NCBI GenBank assembly: GCA_015520605.1
Contig: WAPT01000024.1
Location: forward strand, 25,732-89,731
Reading direction: 5' to 3'
DNA length: 64,000 nt
Source of the DNA: Nanobdellati archaeon
Lineage (GTDB): Archaea; EX4484-52; WAPT01
The stretch's first letter is position 1; each line of letters opens with the position of its first letter. The position numbers and the translations under genes were made by a program. Shown in pieces: positions 27,295-36,459 of the stretch. The notes below the pieces were generated by a model. It searched no databases and had not been told where the DNA came from. It saw nothing but the letters and a program-made list of their open reading frames with translations.

Positions 27295-28328
27295 GCGTGA
27301 TGAGCTGGCAGGAGAGGGTAGGTGACGTGGGAGATGGTGGGAGAAGAATGATGGAATTTCTTGAAAAGTACATTTTTCCGAAAATTAATGTAGAGAGCAG
27401 AGAGGATGCGGGAATAGTGAACGAAGATTTCATCATAACAACCGATAGTTACACTATTAAGCCCATAATTTTTCCCGGCGGCAGTATAGGGAAGCTTGCC
27501 ATCTGCGGGTCAGCAAATGATGTAGCCGTGATGGGCGCAAAACCTACATACTTTCTTCTATCTTTAATAGCAGACGAGAACCTTGAGATGAACAAGTTTT
27601 TGCATGTTGTTGAAGATATCTCGAAATATCTGAGAGAGATTGATGGCAGGATGCTTGGCGGAGATCTCAAAACACTTAAGGGAGATGGAGAGGAAATTTA
27701 TGTAAATACCACATGCATAGGAACGCGAAACAGATGGCTTGAATTAAATCTCGAAGTGGTGAGAAATTATCGCAACTATCCACACTCATGGATAAGGAAT
27801 TGTGGCGCTGGAGAGGACGAGGTGGTGATAATAACTGGAAACATCGCGGAGCACGCCACAGCAATTTTGCTTGCAAGGGAGGAGCTTGGTTTCCAGCTGG
27901 ATGTATCCTCGGATTGCAAACATCTATGGTTTCCAATAAGAAAAGCGATGGAGGAGGGTGGCATAACGGCAATGAAAGATGCTACTCGCGGTGGTATTGC
28001 GTCTGCGCTCAACGAGATAGCGGAGCAAAGCGGTGTGGGTATGGTAATTGAGGAAAACAAAATACCAATAAGGGAAGAGGTAAGGAGTTTCTGCGAGGTG
28101 CTTGGACTTGATCCCTATGCAATGGCAAACGAGGGTGTGAGTGTGATGACCGTTGTGCGGGAAATGGCTGAGGATGTGCTTGAAGCTCTTCACAAAGCGG
28201 GAGAGAAAAATGCGAGGATTGTGGGCTACACAACCGCAGAACATAGAGAGGTTATTCTGAGAACCGAGCTTGGAAGCGAGAGAATTCTTCATATGCCTTA
28301 CGGAAGCACAGTGCCCAGAATATGTTGA
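27291..28328 (+). CDS. hypE: Hydrogenase maturation protein HypE
   Basis: TTDSY, NDVAVMGA, DATRGG, ANEG, C-terminal PRIC. Confidence 0.95.
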   Translation: MSVMSWQERVGDVGDGGRRMMEFLEKYIFPKINVESREDAGIVNEDFIITTDSYTIKPIIFPGGSIGKLAICGSANDVAVMGAKPTYFLLSLIADENLEMNKFLHVVEDISKYLREIDGRMLGGDLKTLKGDGEEIYVNTTCIGTRNRWLELNLEVVRNYRNYPHSWIRNCGAGEDEVVIITGNIAEHATAILLAREELGFQLDVSSDCKHLWFPIRKAMEEGGITAMKDATRGGIASALNEIAEQSGVGMVIEENKIPIREEVRSFCEVLGLDPYAMANEGVSVMTVVREMAEDVLEALHKAGEKNARIVGYTTAEHREVILRTELGSERILHMPYGSTVPRIC

Positions 28329-28379
28329 TCAAAACTCATTAATGAAACAAATTTCCCGAAAATACAAAAAACAAAACAA

Positions 28380-28607
28380 TTAAAAATAAAAAATAATATA
28401 AAACTTATAGCCATTTTCAAGCTTAACTTTTTCAAAACCAACTACATATCGTTTCCGTTTTTTTGAGAATATGCAGATTTCTGTCACATCCTCAAAGGCT
28501 ATTGGTGTATGTTTCAGAATTTCCCTTATTCTTTTAGGTTCTTCATTCAGAGCCTTGCACGCATCCTCAAAACTCCACATCACAACCGGCTCTATCCCGT
28601 TCAACAC
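28380..28607 (-). CDS. Hypothetical protein
   Basis: 75-aa ORF with G-rich Shine-Dalgarno in an AT-rich region. Confidence 0.4.
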   Translation of the reverse strand: MLNGIEPVVMWSFEDACKALNEEPKRIREILKHTPIAFEDVTEICIFSKKRKRYVVGFEKVKLENGYKFYIIFYF

Positions 28608-28934
28608 CCCACCCCCTCTTAGAACTAATTAGGATCCCGCGTCCCAACATTTTCAAGAAAACGGGTTTTTTACACCATAAATCAAGAAAGTAAACTTTAA
28701 GAGTGCTACTTGTAGTTCTCGATTTCCACCCACGACAAATGTCGAATGTTTTACTACCAAACTTGTATAACATTTTTAAGTGTGTGTTGGATTTTAACTA
28801 TTATCAATCAAAATAATGAAAAGTTCGAAAAATGGAATTCAGAAAATTAAAGGATGTCTGACGCATTCTTAGCGATGTTCATCCTTTCTTTCTGTCCCAA
28901 CTCTCCTAGTAATTCCGCGGCCCTTGGATTTTTA

Positions 28935-29009
28935 TGGGGCCGCCCGGATTTGAACCGGGGTCACCGGCGCCCGAGGCCGGGATGATGGACCAAGCTACAC
29001 CACGGCCCC
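28935..29009 (-). tRNA. tRNA-Pro(CGG)
   Basis: Anticodon arm CCGGC-CT-CGG-GC-GCCGG; CCA not encoded. Confidence 0.95.
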
Positions 29010-29085
29010 GAGATTACCTCGTGGCGTTAATGCAATAGACTCTATCGGATGAAATTTTTTAAATGCGTGGTTTGGGGGTGAGAGT

Positions 29086-29871
29086 TTGGAGGTCCGGAAG
29101 GTATTGTGTGTTGTGGCCGTGTTTCTGCTGGTGTGTGGTGTTGTGCTCCCACCTGCTGTTGCCGGCGGTCTGTGGGAGCATGTAAAGGAAAAATGGAGCG
29201 AAGTCAAGGAGAAAGTTTCCGAGAAGTATCGTAGAACCAAGGAAAGGGTCTCGCACGGGTGGAACAGGATCAAGGAGGGAACACGGGAGAGATATGAAGA
29301 GACAAAAGAAAAGATCAAGCAGAAAGTTTCGGAGGGAAAGGAGAGACTCGAGCATAGACTCGAGCATGAGTGGAACGAAATAAAGTCCAGAGCAAAGTTC
29401 AAATCACAGAGGGTTGCAACAAGAGCCTGGGAAACATGGAAAAACATGCCGGAGGAGGACAGGAAAAAAGTGAAAATGGCTCTGATAGGTGGAGCCGTTC
29501 TTGTGGGAGTGACATATATGGCGGTGCATCACCCCGGTGCTGTGGCTACAGCTGCGAAATATGCAACAGCGATAATGATCAAAGACGGCAAGCTTGCCGT
29601 TTATGATCCAGAAACAAAGGAAATCATTGAGTCGGCAGCAATGCAGGAAATCTCAAATAAGACGCACGGGCTTGTCAAATCGAACAATTTTGAGGTTGAG
29701 AGTGTTGAAAAGATGCCCGATGGCAAGTACAGAATCAAGGTAAGCGCTGATGTCAATCTCTTCTGGTTGATTCCATGGAAACTCGAGAAGGACATCATCA
29801 TCGATCCCGCAACCGGAAAAGCCCAGGTGGATATGGCGTGGTGGGAGACCCCGCCTTTCTATACCGCTTGA
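29086..29871 (+). CDS. Secreted or membrane protein with amphipathic helical repeats
   Basis: Signal peptide, approximately 11-mer K/E/W repeats, internal hydrophobic helix, C-terminal IDPATG...WW domain. Confidence 0.75.
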   Translation: MEVRKVLCVVAVFLLVCGVVLPPAVAGGLWEHVKEKWSEVKEKVSEKYRRTKERVSHGWNRIKEGTRERYEETKEKIKQKVSEGKERLEHRLEHEWNEIKSRAKFKSQRVATRAWETWKNMPEEDRKKVKMALIGGAVLVGVTYMAVHHPGAVATAAKYATAIMIKDGKLAVYDPETKEIIESAAMQEISNKTHGLVKSNNFEVESVEKMPDGKYRIKVSADVNLFWLIPWKLEKDIIIDPATGKAQVDMAWWETPPFYTA

Positions 29872-29901
29872 TTTTCTAAAATTTTTTAGGAGGTGTGGGA
29901 A

Positions 29902-30903
29902 ATGGAGGATGTAGAGGATGTAGGGGAGATTAAGGATGAGGATGTTAAGTACCTGGAAAAAAAGTACCTGGAAAAAATGATAAAGAACAACAGTATGTTC
30001 TTCACAAAGAAAGCTTCCATCTATCCCATCGTGGGCGGGATTCAGGGAGCGCTGTTCCTAATCGTCGGAGCTGTGCCGACCTTCGTTGCTTTTCTGACGT
30101 TCCTTATCCTACGATCCGGTGCGGGGATATTTCTAAGTTTCGCCGGAGAAAGGGTGATATGGAGCGTAATGCTGCGGATAATCCTAACTTTCATGTTCGG
30201 TCTGTGGATGCTCGCGTTCCTACATTCCGCTGTACTTAGAGAGTTTATGCGTTCGTCTATCGGAGCTCTTATCGGCGGGCTTATCAGCGTTTTCATGACA
30301 CCCCAAGCTTTTCCAGAAGTGAAAACTGCAGGACTTCTTCTTATCTTCTCAAGCTTTGTGACCATGGCCTGCATCGTGATATGTAATGAAGAGGCCAAGA
30401 GGATAGCAAAGAGGAAAGTGAGGATAAAACAGGTGGATGAGGAGACTCTGAAGCTCATCAGGATCATGGAGAACATAAAGTCGTCCGCGGATTTCTATGC
30501 GAGGATCGTGAACGCACTCTACTACATCTGCACAGGACTCGGGGTGCTTTTCGTGGGCAGCATGACTGTATTTTCCCATATTCCAGTTTATTCATACGTC
30601 CATGTAACATCACACCATCCCAATTTCTGGAGCATACTGTTATTTTCACTGGCATTCACCATGCCGCTGGCATTGGTGTTCTCATTCCGAAAATACCTTT
30701 ACTGGACAGGCGTCGCATTCTTCAGTATCCTGGCCGTCGTTTTGGTAGCTAAGGCCGTATCCAGCAGACTGTACATAAACGTCTTGGGACTGATAGCTCT
30801 GGTAGCTGCTGTAGCAATGCCTGTCCTGGCACTGATGTTATCACCTATCCTGAAGCATCAGAGGCTAAGGGAGAAGGTGATGGAGATAGGAGAACTGCTT
30901 TAG
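29902..30903 (+). CDS. Polytopic membrane protein with two similar hydrophobic halves
   Basis: About 9 hydrophobic segments; GGAGGTG Shine-Dalgarno. Confidence 0.75.
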   Translation: MEDVEDVGEIKDEDVKYLEKKYLEKMIKNNSMFFTKKASIYPIVGGIQGALFLIVGAVPTFVAFLTFLILRSGAGIFLSFAGERVIWSVMLRIILTFMFGLWMLAFLHSAVLREFMRSSIGALIGGLISVFMTPQAFPEVKTAGLLLIFSSFVTMACIVICNEEAKRIAKRKVRIKQVDEETLKLIRIMENIKSSADFYARIVNALYYICTGLGVLFVGSMTVFSHIPVYSYVHVTSHHPNFWSILLFSLAFTMPLALVFSFRKYLYWTGVAFFSILAVVLVAKAVSSRLYINVLGLIALVAAVAMPVLALMLSPILKHQRLREKVMEIGELL

Positions 30904-31017
30904 CATTCTCATATTTTTATTTTATTATTTTTTCTTATGTTTTGTTGGAAAATATTCCCATAAATTCAGATTATAACATTAAAAAATTCCGGCCACTTAA
31001 TTTCCTCCACGATTCTC

Positions 31018-32781
31018 ATGCTGGTGGGTGAAGTTTTCGGCAAGACCGGTACCAAAACCTTCCAGTTTCGAGCTTACAAGGAGGTCAACAGAATGGATTT
31101 TGTTACTGTGAAGAGTGTTGATGACCACTGGCTTCTCTGCCGGATTGAGGATGTGGAGATGTATCCTGACGGTAAGATAATCGGCAAAGCAAGGATAATC
31201 GGTTACAGAGAAGATGGGATACTGAAGATCCCAAAGGTCCCCATTAAGCCCAACAGCCTTGTTTACAAAGCAGACAAGGGAATCATAACTGAAGTTCTCA
31301 ATTTGAAAATGGACGGCCTTTACATAGGCGTGCTTGAGGCTAATGAGGATGTGAAGGTATACCTTGATCCGCAGGAGCTCATATCAAAGCATGTTGCCGT
31401 GCTTGCCGCCACCGGATCGGGTAAGTCTTACACGGTCGGTGTGCTCATAGAGGAGATAGCGGAGAGGAGGATTCCGATCGTGGTGATCGATCCCCATGGC
31501 GAGTACACATCCATGAGGTTTCCGAATGATCAGAAGGATGTTAAGGCTTTCAAGAAATTTGGAGTGAATCCGAAGGGTTATGATGTGCAACACTACAGCC
31601 CCGATCCCCGCGTTAACCCCGGTGCTATGCAGCTCAGCTTTGGTTACGATGAGATAGATCCGAGAGAGATAGGCATGCTGTTTCCCTCAAAGCCCACAGC
31701 TTCTCAGCTCGCCTTGCTTTATGCGGCTTTTAAGAGAATAAAATCCACAAAAAAGAACTTCACACTCGATGATATTATAGCGGATGTGGAACAGAGTCAG
31801 AGCCAGAGCAAGTGGAACGTAATAAACATGCTCGAGATGCTGAAGGATATGAGAATTTTCAGCGGGAATCCCACCCCCGTCACAAAACTGGTGGTGCCGG
31901 GAAAGATAACCGTTATTAACCTGAGAGGGGTAACGCAAGAAGTTCAGGCCTACGTCGTGTACAAGATGGTTGAAAGGTTGTTCGAAGCAAGAAAAATAGG
32001 GATGATAAATCCATGTTTCCTTGTGATTGAGGAAGCGCACAACTTCGTGCCGCAGAGCGAGGCAAAGATAAGCTCAAAGATAATAAAAAACGTTGCTTCC
32101 GAAGGAAGGAAGTTCGGTTTGGGGCTTTGTGTAATAAGCCAGAGACCGGCAAGGATAGACAAGAACGTGCTGAGCCAGTGCAACACACAGATAATCCTAA
32201 GGATGATGAATCCAAACGATTTGAAAGCTGTGAGCTATGCTGAAGGGCTTAGCGCTGAGCTGGAGAAGGAGATAAAGAACCTCAACACAGGCACCGCTCT
32301 TATGATAGGGCAGGAATTTCCCATCATAGTTAAGATAAGGGTCAGGAGGAGCAAGCACGGCGGAACAACTCAAGACGTTACGGAGCAGAGAGAAAATACG
32401 ATCCCAATATTCCTACCTCTCAAACCAGTTCAGCACGTGCCGTCTGGAAGCAAGGTTTACTATCCCTGCTGGGTTTTCAATTCTGAGGGGAAGCGCTATG
32501 TTATGGACGCGGTACAGGGTAAGTTCCTCTTCTTTGATGGAAACGTCGTCAGAGAGCAAAACGGAAGTGGGAGTATATTAGAAATGAATATAGAGCACGG
32601 CACAGAAGAGATTGTCGGTAGAGTTATAAGGGCTGAAATAGGTCACAAACGGGCATTGAGCATCGGGAAGAAATTCTTTGGCAGAATTGATAGTGTACAA
32701 CTTGTTTACTATCCTTACATTGTAACGGAGGATGAGCTCATCGATCTTGTAACCGGAGCGATGAAAAAGTTGGGAAGATAA
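31018..32781 (+). CDS. HerA/FtsK-family ATPase (HAS-barrel plus DUF87)
   Basis: KHVAVLAATGSGKS, IDPHGEY, IEEAHNF, EGRKFG, SQRP. Confidence 0.92.
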   Translation: MLVGEVFGKTGTKTFQFRAYKEVNRMDFVTVKSVDDHWLLCRIEDVEMYPDGKIIGKARIIGYREDGILKIPKVPIKPNSLVYKADKGIITEVLNLKMDGLYIGVLEANEDVKVYLDPQELISKHVAVLAATGSGKSYTVGVLIEEIAERRIPIVVIDPHGEYTSMRFPNDQKDVKAFKKFGVNPKGYDVQHYSPDPRVNPGAMQLSFGYDEIDPREIGMLFPSKPTASQLALLYAAFKRIKSTKKNFTLDDIIADVEQSQSQSKWNVINMLEMLKDMRIFSGNPTPVTKLVVPGKITVINLRGVTQEVQAYVVYKMVERLFEARKIGMINPCFLVIEEAHNFVPQSEAKISSKIIKNVASEGRKFGLGLCVISQRPARIDKNVLSQCNTQIILRMMNPNDLKAVSYAEGLSAELEKEIKNLNTGTALMIGQEFPIIVKIRVRRSKHGGTTQDVTEQRENTIPIFLPLKPVQHVPSGSKVYYPCWVFNSEGKRYVMDAVQGKFLFFDGNVVREQNGSGSILEMNIEHGTEEIVGRVIRAEIGHKRALSIGKKFFGRIDSVQLVYYPYIVTEDELIDLVTGAMKKLGR

Positions 32782-32934
32782 TGCTCACAGGCAGACCAAA
32801 ACACACACATCTAATGGAAATGTTTCGGATCAAAATTTTTAAACCTTCATGTTTTATTACCATTTAGAGATATCAAAGCGCATTTCTTTGCTGGGACAAT
32901 AAATGTAGTGTCATTTATGCACTCTGTCTCGCCT

Positions 32935-32997
32935 GACCCGCGGCAGAAAGGCAGAGATATACTTCATTAAACGTCCGTTAAACGTCCGCGGGGATGA
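32935..32997 (+). repeat. K-turn-closed stem-loop element, copy 1 (with an internal 11-bp duplication)
   Basis: GACCCGCGG-CAGAAAGGCAGAGATATACTTCA(TTAAACGTCCG)2-CGGGGATGA. Confidence 0.8.
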
Positions 32998-33041
32998 TGG
33001 TTGTTGGTGTGGAAGAGAATTTTTAGAGGAGGTGGTGTGGT

Positions 33042-33632
33042 TTGAAGTCCAAGACCAAGATAGTTAGGGTATTTCAGCTTCTAGTTCTCGTCTTTTTTGT
33101 AGTTCAGGGAATGTACATAGCGCACTCGATAATCCAACATCACCACTATCTTCAGTCACTCCCAGATACCACACAGGAAATGTATTTAAATCAGGAAATT
33201 CTGAAGTGGGCTCGTCAGCAGAACATATCGGTCATTTTCGATGAGAACTACAAACCATTTATGAAAGTGAAGAACAGCAAAGAACTGATAACGAATTTTG
33301 AAGAAATTAAAGAAATAAAGACAGCGCTGATAATCTCAGTAATACCTAGAGAGCGGATTAATGATGCTTTCAAACCAGATCTCTTGATCAAATACTATCT
33401 AATATCTCCCGCCGGTATACGTTACTATGAGGACTATTACATAGCGCCGACAGGATACACGATAGTCAAGTACAACCAAAACGGTGTCGTTATTCTGAAA
33501 AAGGACGTCACACTAGGGTGGCTCAGGACAATCACTCATGGAAGAAATGTTCTTGTGGGGATAGTGATGCTATTCATCGATGTGACCCTTCTGAGAGTAG
33601 CATTTCCGAAGGGAGAGAACACAGATGTCTAG
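33042..33632 (+). CDS. Hypothetical membrane protein (N- and C-terminal TM helices)
   Basis: TTG start after GGAGGTGG Shine-Dalgarno; two hydrophobic segments. Confidence 0.7.
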   Translation: MKSKTKIVRVFQLLVLVFFVVQGMYIAHSIIQHHHYLQSLPDTTQEMYLNQEILKWARQQNISVIFDENYKPFMKVKNSKELITNFEEIKEIKTALIISVIPRERINDAFKPDLLIKYYLISPAGIRYYEDYYIAPTGYTIVKYNQNGVVILKKDVTLGWLRTITHGRNVLVGIVMLFIDVTLLRVAFPKGENTDV

Positions 33633-33688
33633 AGAGAACACCGAAGTGAGAGTTATTTTCCTTATTTTTTCTTTTATTTTTAGGAAAC

Positions 33689-34582
33689 TTATCCAACTTT
33701 CAAATCCACCGCAACCCGATAATGATACGGTGCAACGGCCCCGCATTTCCTGAAGAAAACGACTCTTGCATCTTTTCCCGCATTTCTGCAACGTTCTTCA
33801 ACCCTTCTTATCACATCCCTGCTCTCAATTTCCTCCTCGCTTGCAAATGTGTAAAGATGTGTCATACCTCCTTTTTTCACCTTTTCAAGCGCAAGCTCAA
33901 GGTAGTCTGGAGCGTCCTTCGGAGCGGGCATAACGATGCGGTCAAATTTTCCTTCAAGCCTCGGTACCACTTCAGCAACATCCCCTTCAATAACCCTCAC
34001 CCTGTCCTCAACTTTGTTCAACACGACATTCTTTCTAAAGTATTCAACAGCATGTGGATTAAGCTCAACTCCGATTACTTCTCTTGGTTTGGCATTCTTG
34101 GATATCACTATGGCAAACGGCCCAACTCCGGCAAACATAACGAGAACCCTCTCACCATCCTTAACCATTTCCGCGATCCTTTTCCTCTCAAACCCCAGCC
34201 TTGAGGAAAAGTAGACTTTAGCCACATCGAGCAGAAACCTGCATCCGTGCTCCGTGTGCACAGTCTCGGTTATTTTTTTTGGCCGGAATTCCTTTTTTAT
34301 GGTGGGAAAGTCTCTCTCTTCCGGCTTTGCCAAGATAACCTCAAATTCAGGTACCCTAAACTTGCCTGCAACATCCCCTGTTTTGTTGAGCACCACTTTA
34401 ACATTCCTGTTGAGTTGCATTATTGCTTTTGCTATCAACTCGGCATGCTTTCTCGCGACTTCATCCAATTCTACTATTGCAATATCCCCGATTATCTCGA
34501 AGGCCCGTGGGATGTGTTCAAGTTCATCCCTCCTTACATCCCCTTCCAGCAGTTTACGGATGTTCAGCTTATCTCCGCTCAT
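33689..34582 (-). CDS. Trm5/Tyw2-family SAM-dependent tRNA methyltransferase
   Basis: IIGDIAI, KVYFSSRL, MFAGVGPF, ELNP, DRIVMP. Confidence 0.9.
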   Translation of the reverse strand: MSGDKLNIRKLLEGDVRRDELEHIPRAFEIIGDIAIVELDEVARKHAELIAKAIMQLNRNVKVVLNKTGDVAGKFRVPEFEVILAKPEERDFPTIKKEFRPKKITETVHTEHGCRFLLDVAKVYFSSRLGFERKRIAEMVKDGERVLVMFAGVGPFAIVISKNAKPREVIGVELNPHAVEYFRKNVVLNKVEDRVRVIEGDVAEVVPRLEGKFDRIVMPAPKDAPDYLELALEKVKKGGMTHLYTFASEEEIESRDVIRRVEERCRNAGKDARVVFFRKCGAVAPYHYRVAVDLKVG

Positions 34583-34642
34583 ATTCCACCAGCTACTTCC
34601 TGTTTTCCCAACTTTTTAAATATCCTCCTTCAAAGCTTCTTT

Positions 34643-35395
34643 ATGCTCTGGCTTATTGGGTTGGGGGTTGGAGATGAAAGGGATATGAGTATAAAGGGGC
34701 TTGAAGCATGCAAAAGAGCGGATGTGATTTTTCTGGAGAGGTACACCTCTCCGGTAAAGATAAACGTCGGGAACCTAAGAAAGCTTGTGGGAAAGGACGT
34801 TATTGAGCTCAGCAGGGAGGATGTGGAGGAAAAAAACCTCGTGGTTAGGGAGGCGGAAAAGAGGAATGTGGCTTTTCTCGTTCCCGGAGACCCGCTCTTC
34901 GCAACAACCCACAAGGAAATCGTGAGAGAATGCATGCTAAGAAAAATAAGAGTAGAGGTAATCCATGCCTCTTCCATTCTAACAGCTGTCGGGGAGAGTG
35001 GTCTTTCTCTCTACAAGTTCGGAAGGGTGGTAAGCCTCCCTTTCCCGCAGGAAAACTACTTTCCTCTGAGTCCTTATGACCACATCCTGACAAATTTAAA
35101 AGCGGGTCTGCACACACTTATCCTCCTCGATATTGGGATGGATGTACACACAGCCATTGATGTGCTGCTGAGAATGGAAGAGAAAAAGAAAGGAAGAATA
35201 TTTACGCAGGATACGAAGCTCGTGGTTCTGTCAAGACTCGGCAGCCCTAACAAATCCATACTTTATAGTTCGATTTCGAAACTAAAAAGTATTGATTTCG
35301 GAGAATCACCTCACTCTCTTGTCATACCGGCTGAGCTAGAACATCATGAGAAAGAATTCCTTGAGCTCTTTGAGGTGGAAAATGAGCAGCGATAA
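34643..35395 (+). CDS. dph5: Diphthine synthase
   Basis: LIGLG, LERYTS, GDPLFATTH, YKFG, LHTLILLD. Confidence 0.94.
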   Translation: MLWLIGLGVGDERDMSIKGLEACKRADVIFLERYTSPVKINVGNLRKLVGKDVIELSREDVEEKNLVVREAEKRNVAFLVPGDPLFATTHKEIVRECMLRKIRVEVIHASSILTAVGESGLSLYKFGRVVSLPFPQENYFPLSPYDHILTNLKAGLHTLILLDIGMDVHTAIDVLLRMEEKKKGRIFTQDTKLVVLSRLGSPNKSILYSSISKLKSIDFGESPHSLVIPAELEHHEKEFLELFEVENEQR

Positions 35396-35633
35396 CCTTA
35401 AAGACGAGCTGATAAGAGAAACGGAAAAGTGGCTGGAAAGGCTGGAAAGCATAGAAATAGAACTCCTTAACAGCTCTCATAAGGACTTTGTTGAAAATAT
35501 AAAAGCATACATTGAGGATGCACGTTATTTTCTGGAAAAGCGGGACTATATAAGGGCATTCGAAGCTGTTGTGTGGGCTTGGGCTTGGCTTGAGATCGGC
35601 GAGAGGGTTGGGTTGCTGAGAAGAAAGGTTTAA
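35382..35633 (+). CDS. DUF357 protein
   Basis: AYIEDARYF...AFEAVVWAWAWLE; usual neighbour of dph5. Confidence 0.85.
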   Translation: MSSDNLKDELIRETEKWLERLESIEIELLNSSHKDFVENIKAYIEDARYFLEKRDYIRAFEAVVWAWAWLEIGERVGLLRRKV

Positions 35634-35797
35634 ACAATAATTCATGAAATCGTAAAAACACGAGTAGAAAACTTTTTAAATTTTCTTGTTTAATCACAAA
35701 TTCGTACTAAAACCAGAAATTCTCTGACTCATCGGGATCGGATACTTCCATACAGATAGTGTGGCTTCTGACTTTTTCTTGTCCCCGCTATCCCGGC

Positions 35798-35849
35798 GAC
35801 CCGCGGCAGAAAGGCAGAGATATACTTCATTAAACGTCCGCGGGGATGA
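35798..35849 (+). repeat. K-turn-closed stem-loop element, copy 2
   Basis: 52 bp, identical to copy 1 apart from the 11-bp duplication. Confidence 0.8.
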
Positions 35850-35903
35850 GGTCGTGCGGTTTTTGATGGGTGGTGTAAAGGAAAAACTGGGGAGGTGAGA
35901 AAA

Positions 35904-36338
35904 TTGGAGAAGAAAAAGGAAGCCCCACTAGGAATAAAGATACTGGCAGCACTATACTTTATTTCCCTTGCATTCTATCTTTTCGGTTTAGCGGTTCTGA
36001 TACCCAGGCTCGGCTTCCTCTTCAGCTACAACCCAATGGTGGCTCTGCTGATAGTGATAACCACCATCATAATGATTGCACTGGCGGGTATGTGGTACGG
36101 GCTCTTGAAGCTAAATCCAACAGCATGGAGAGTTGCGATGGTTTTGTATGGCGTTGGATTGATCATCAATCTCCTCTCTCTGAATGTAATTGCTGTGATA
36201 GTGGGGATCATAATACTATGGTACCTTTATTCCAAGAAGGAACTCTATCTGGGTCCTTCTGAGGTGGCTGGTGGAACCCCGGCAGCTCTTCAGACCCAAG
36301 AAGAACAGGGTTCACAGACTCCAGAAGAACAGGGGTAA
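35904..36338 (+). CDS. Hypothetical 4-TM membrane protein
   Basis: TTG start after GGAGGTGA (ORF track uses GTG 35895); PLGIKILA...GLLKL...AWR...YLY. Confidence 0.75.
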   Translation: MEKKKEAPLGIKILAALYFISLAFYLFGLAVLIPRLGFLFSYNPMVALLIVITTIIMIALAGMWYGLLKLNPTAWRVAMVLYGVGLIINLLSLNVIAVIVGIIILWYLYSKKELYLGPSEVAGGTPAALQTQEEQGSQTPEEQG

Positions 36339-36459
36339 ACCACAAAGAACAACCCTTGACCCAACTTCAATTTTTTAATTTTTTTATTTTCAAAAATGGG
36401 AAAAATTTCCTATATTACTATTCCGGTGGAGTGTTGTCCCTCAAGAACAACCCACATTT

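Noticed and set aside
34247-34642. Long N-terminal extension on Dph5 in the ORF track
   Set aside because: Overlaps the Trm5-family gene on the opposite strand; homology starts at ATG 34643.
32935-35849. CRISPR or IS/MITE reading of the 52-bp repeat pair
   Set aside because: Only two direct copies 2.9 kb apart, separated mostly by housekeeping genes; no spacers, cas genes, transposase or target-site duplications.
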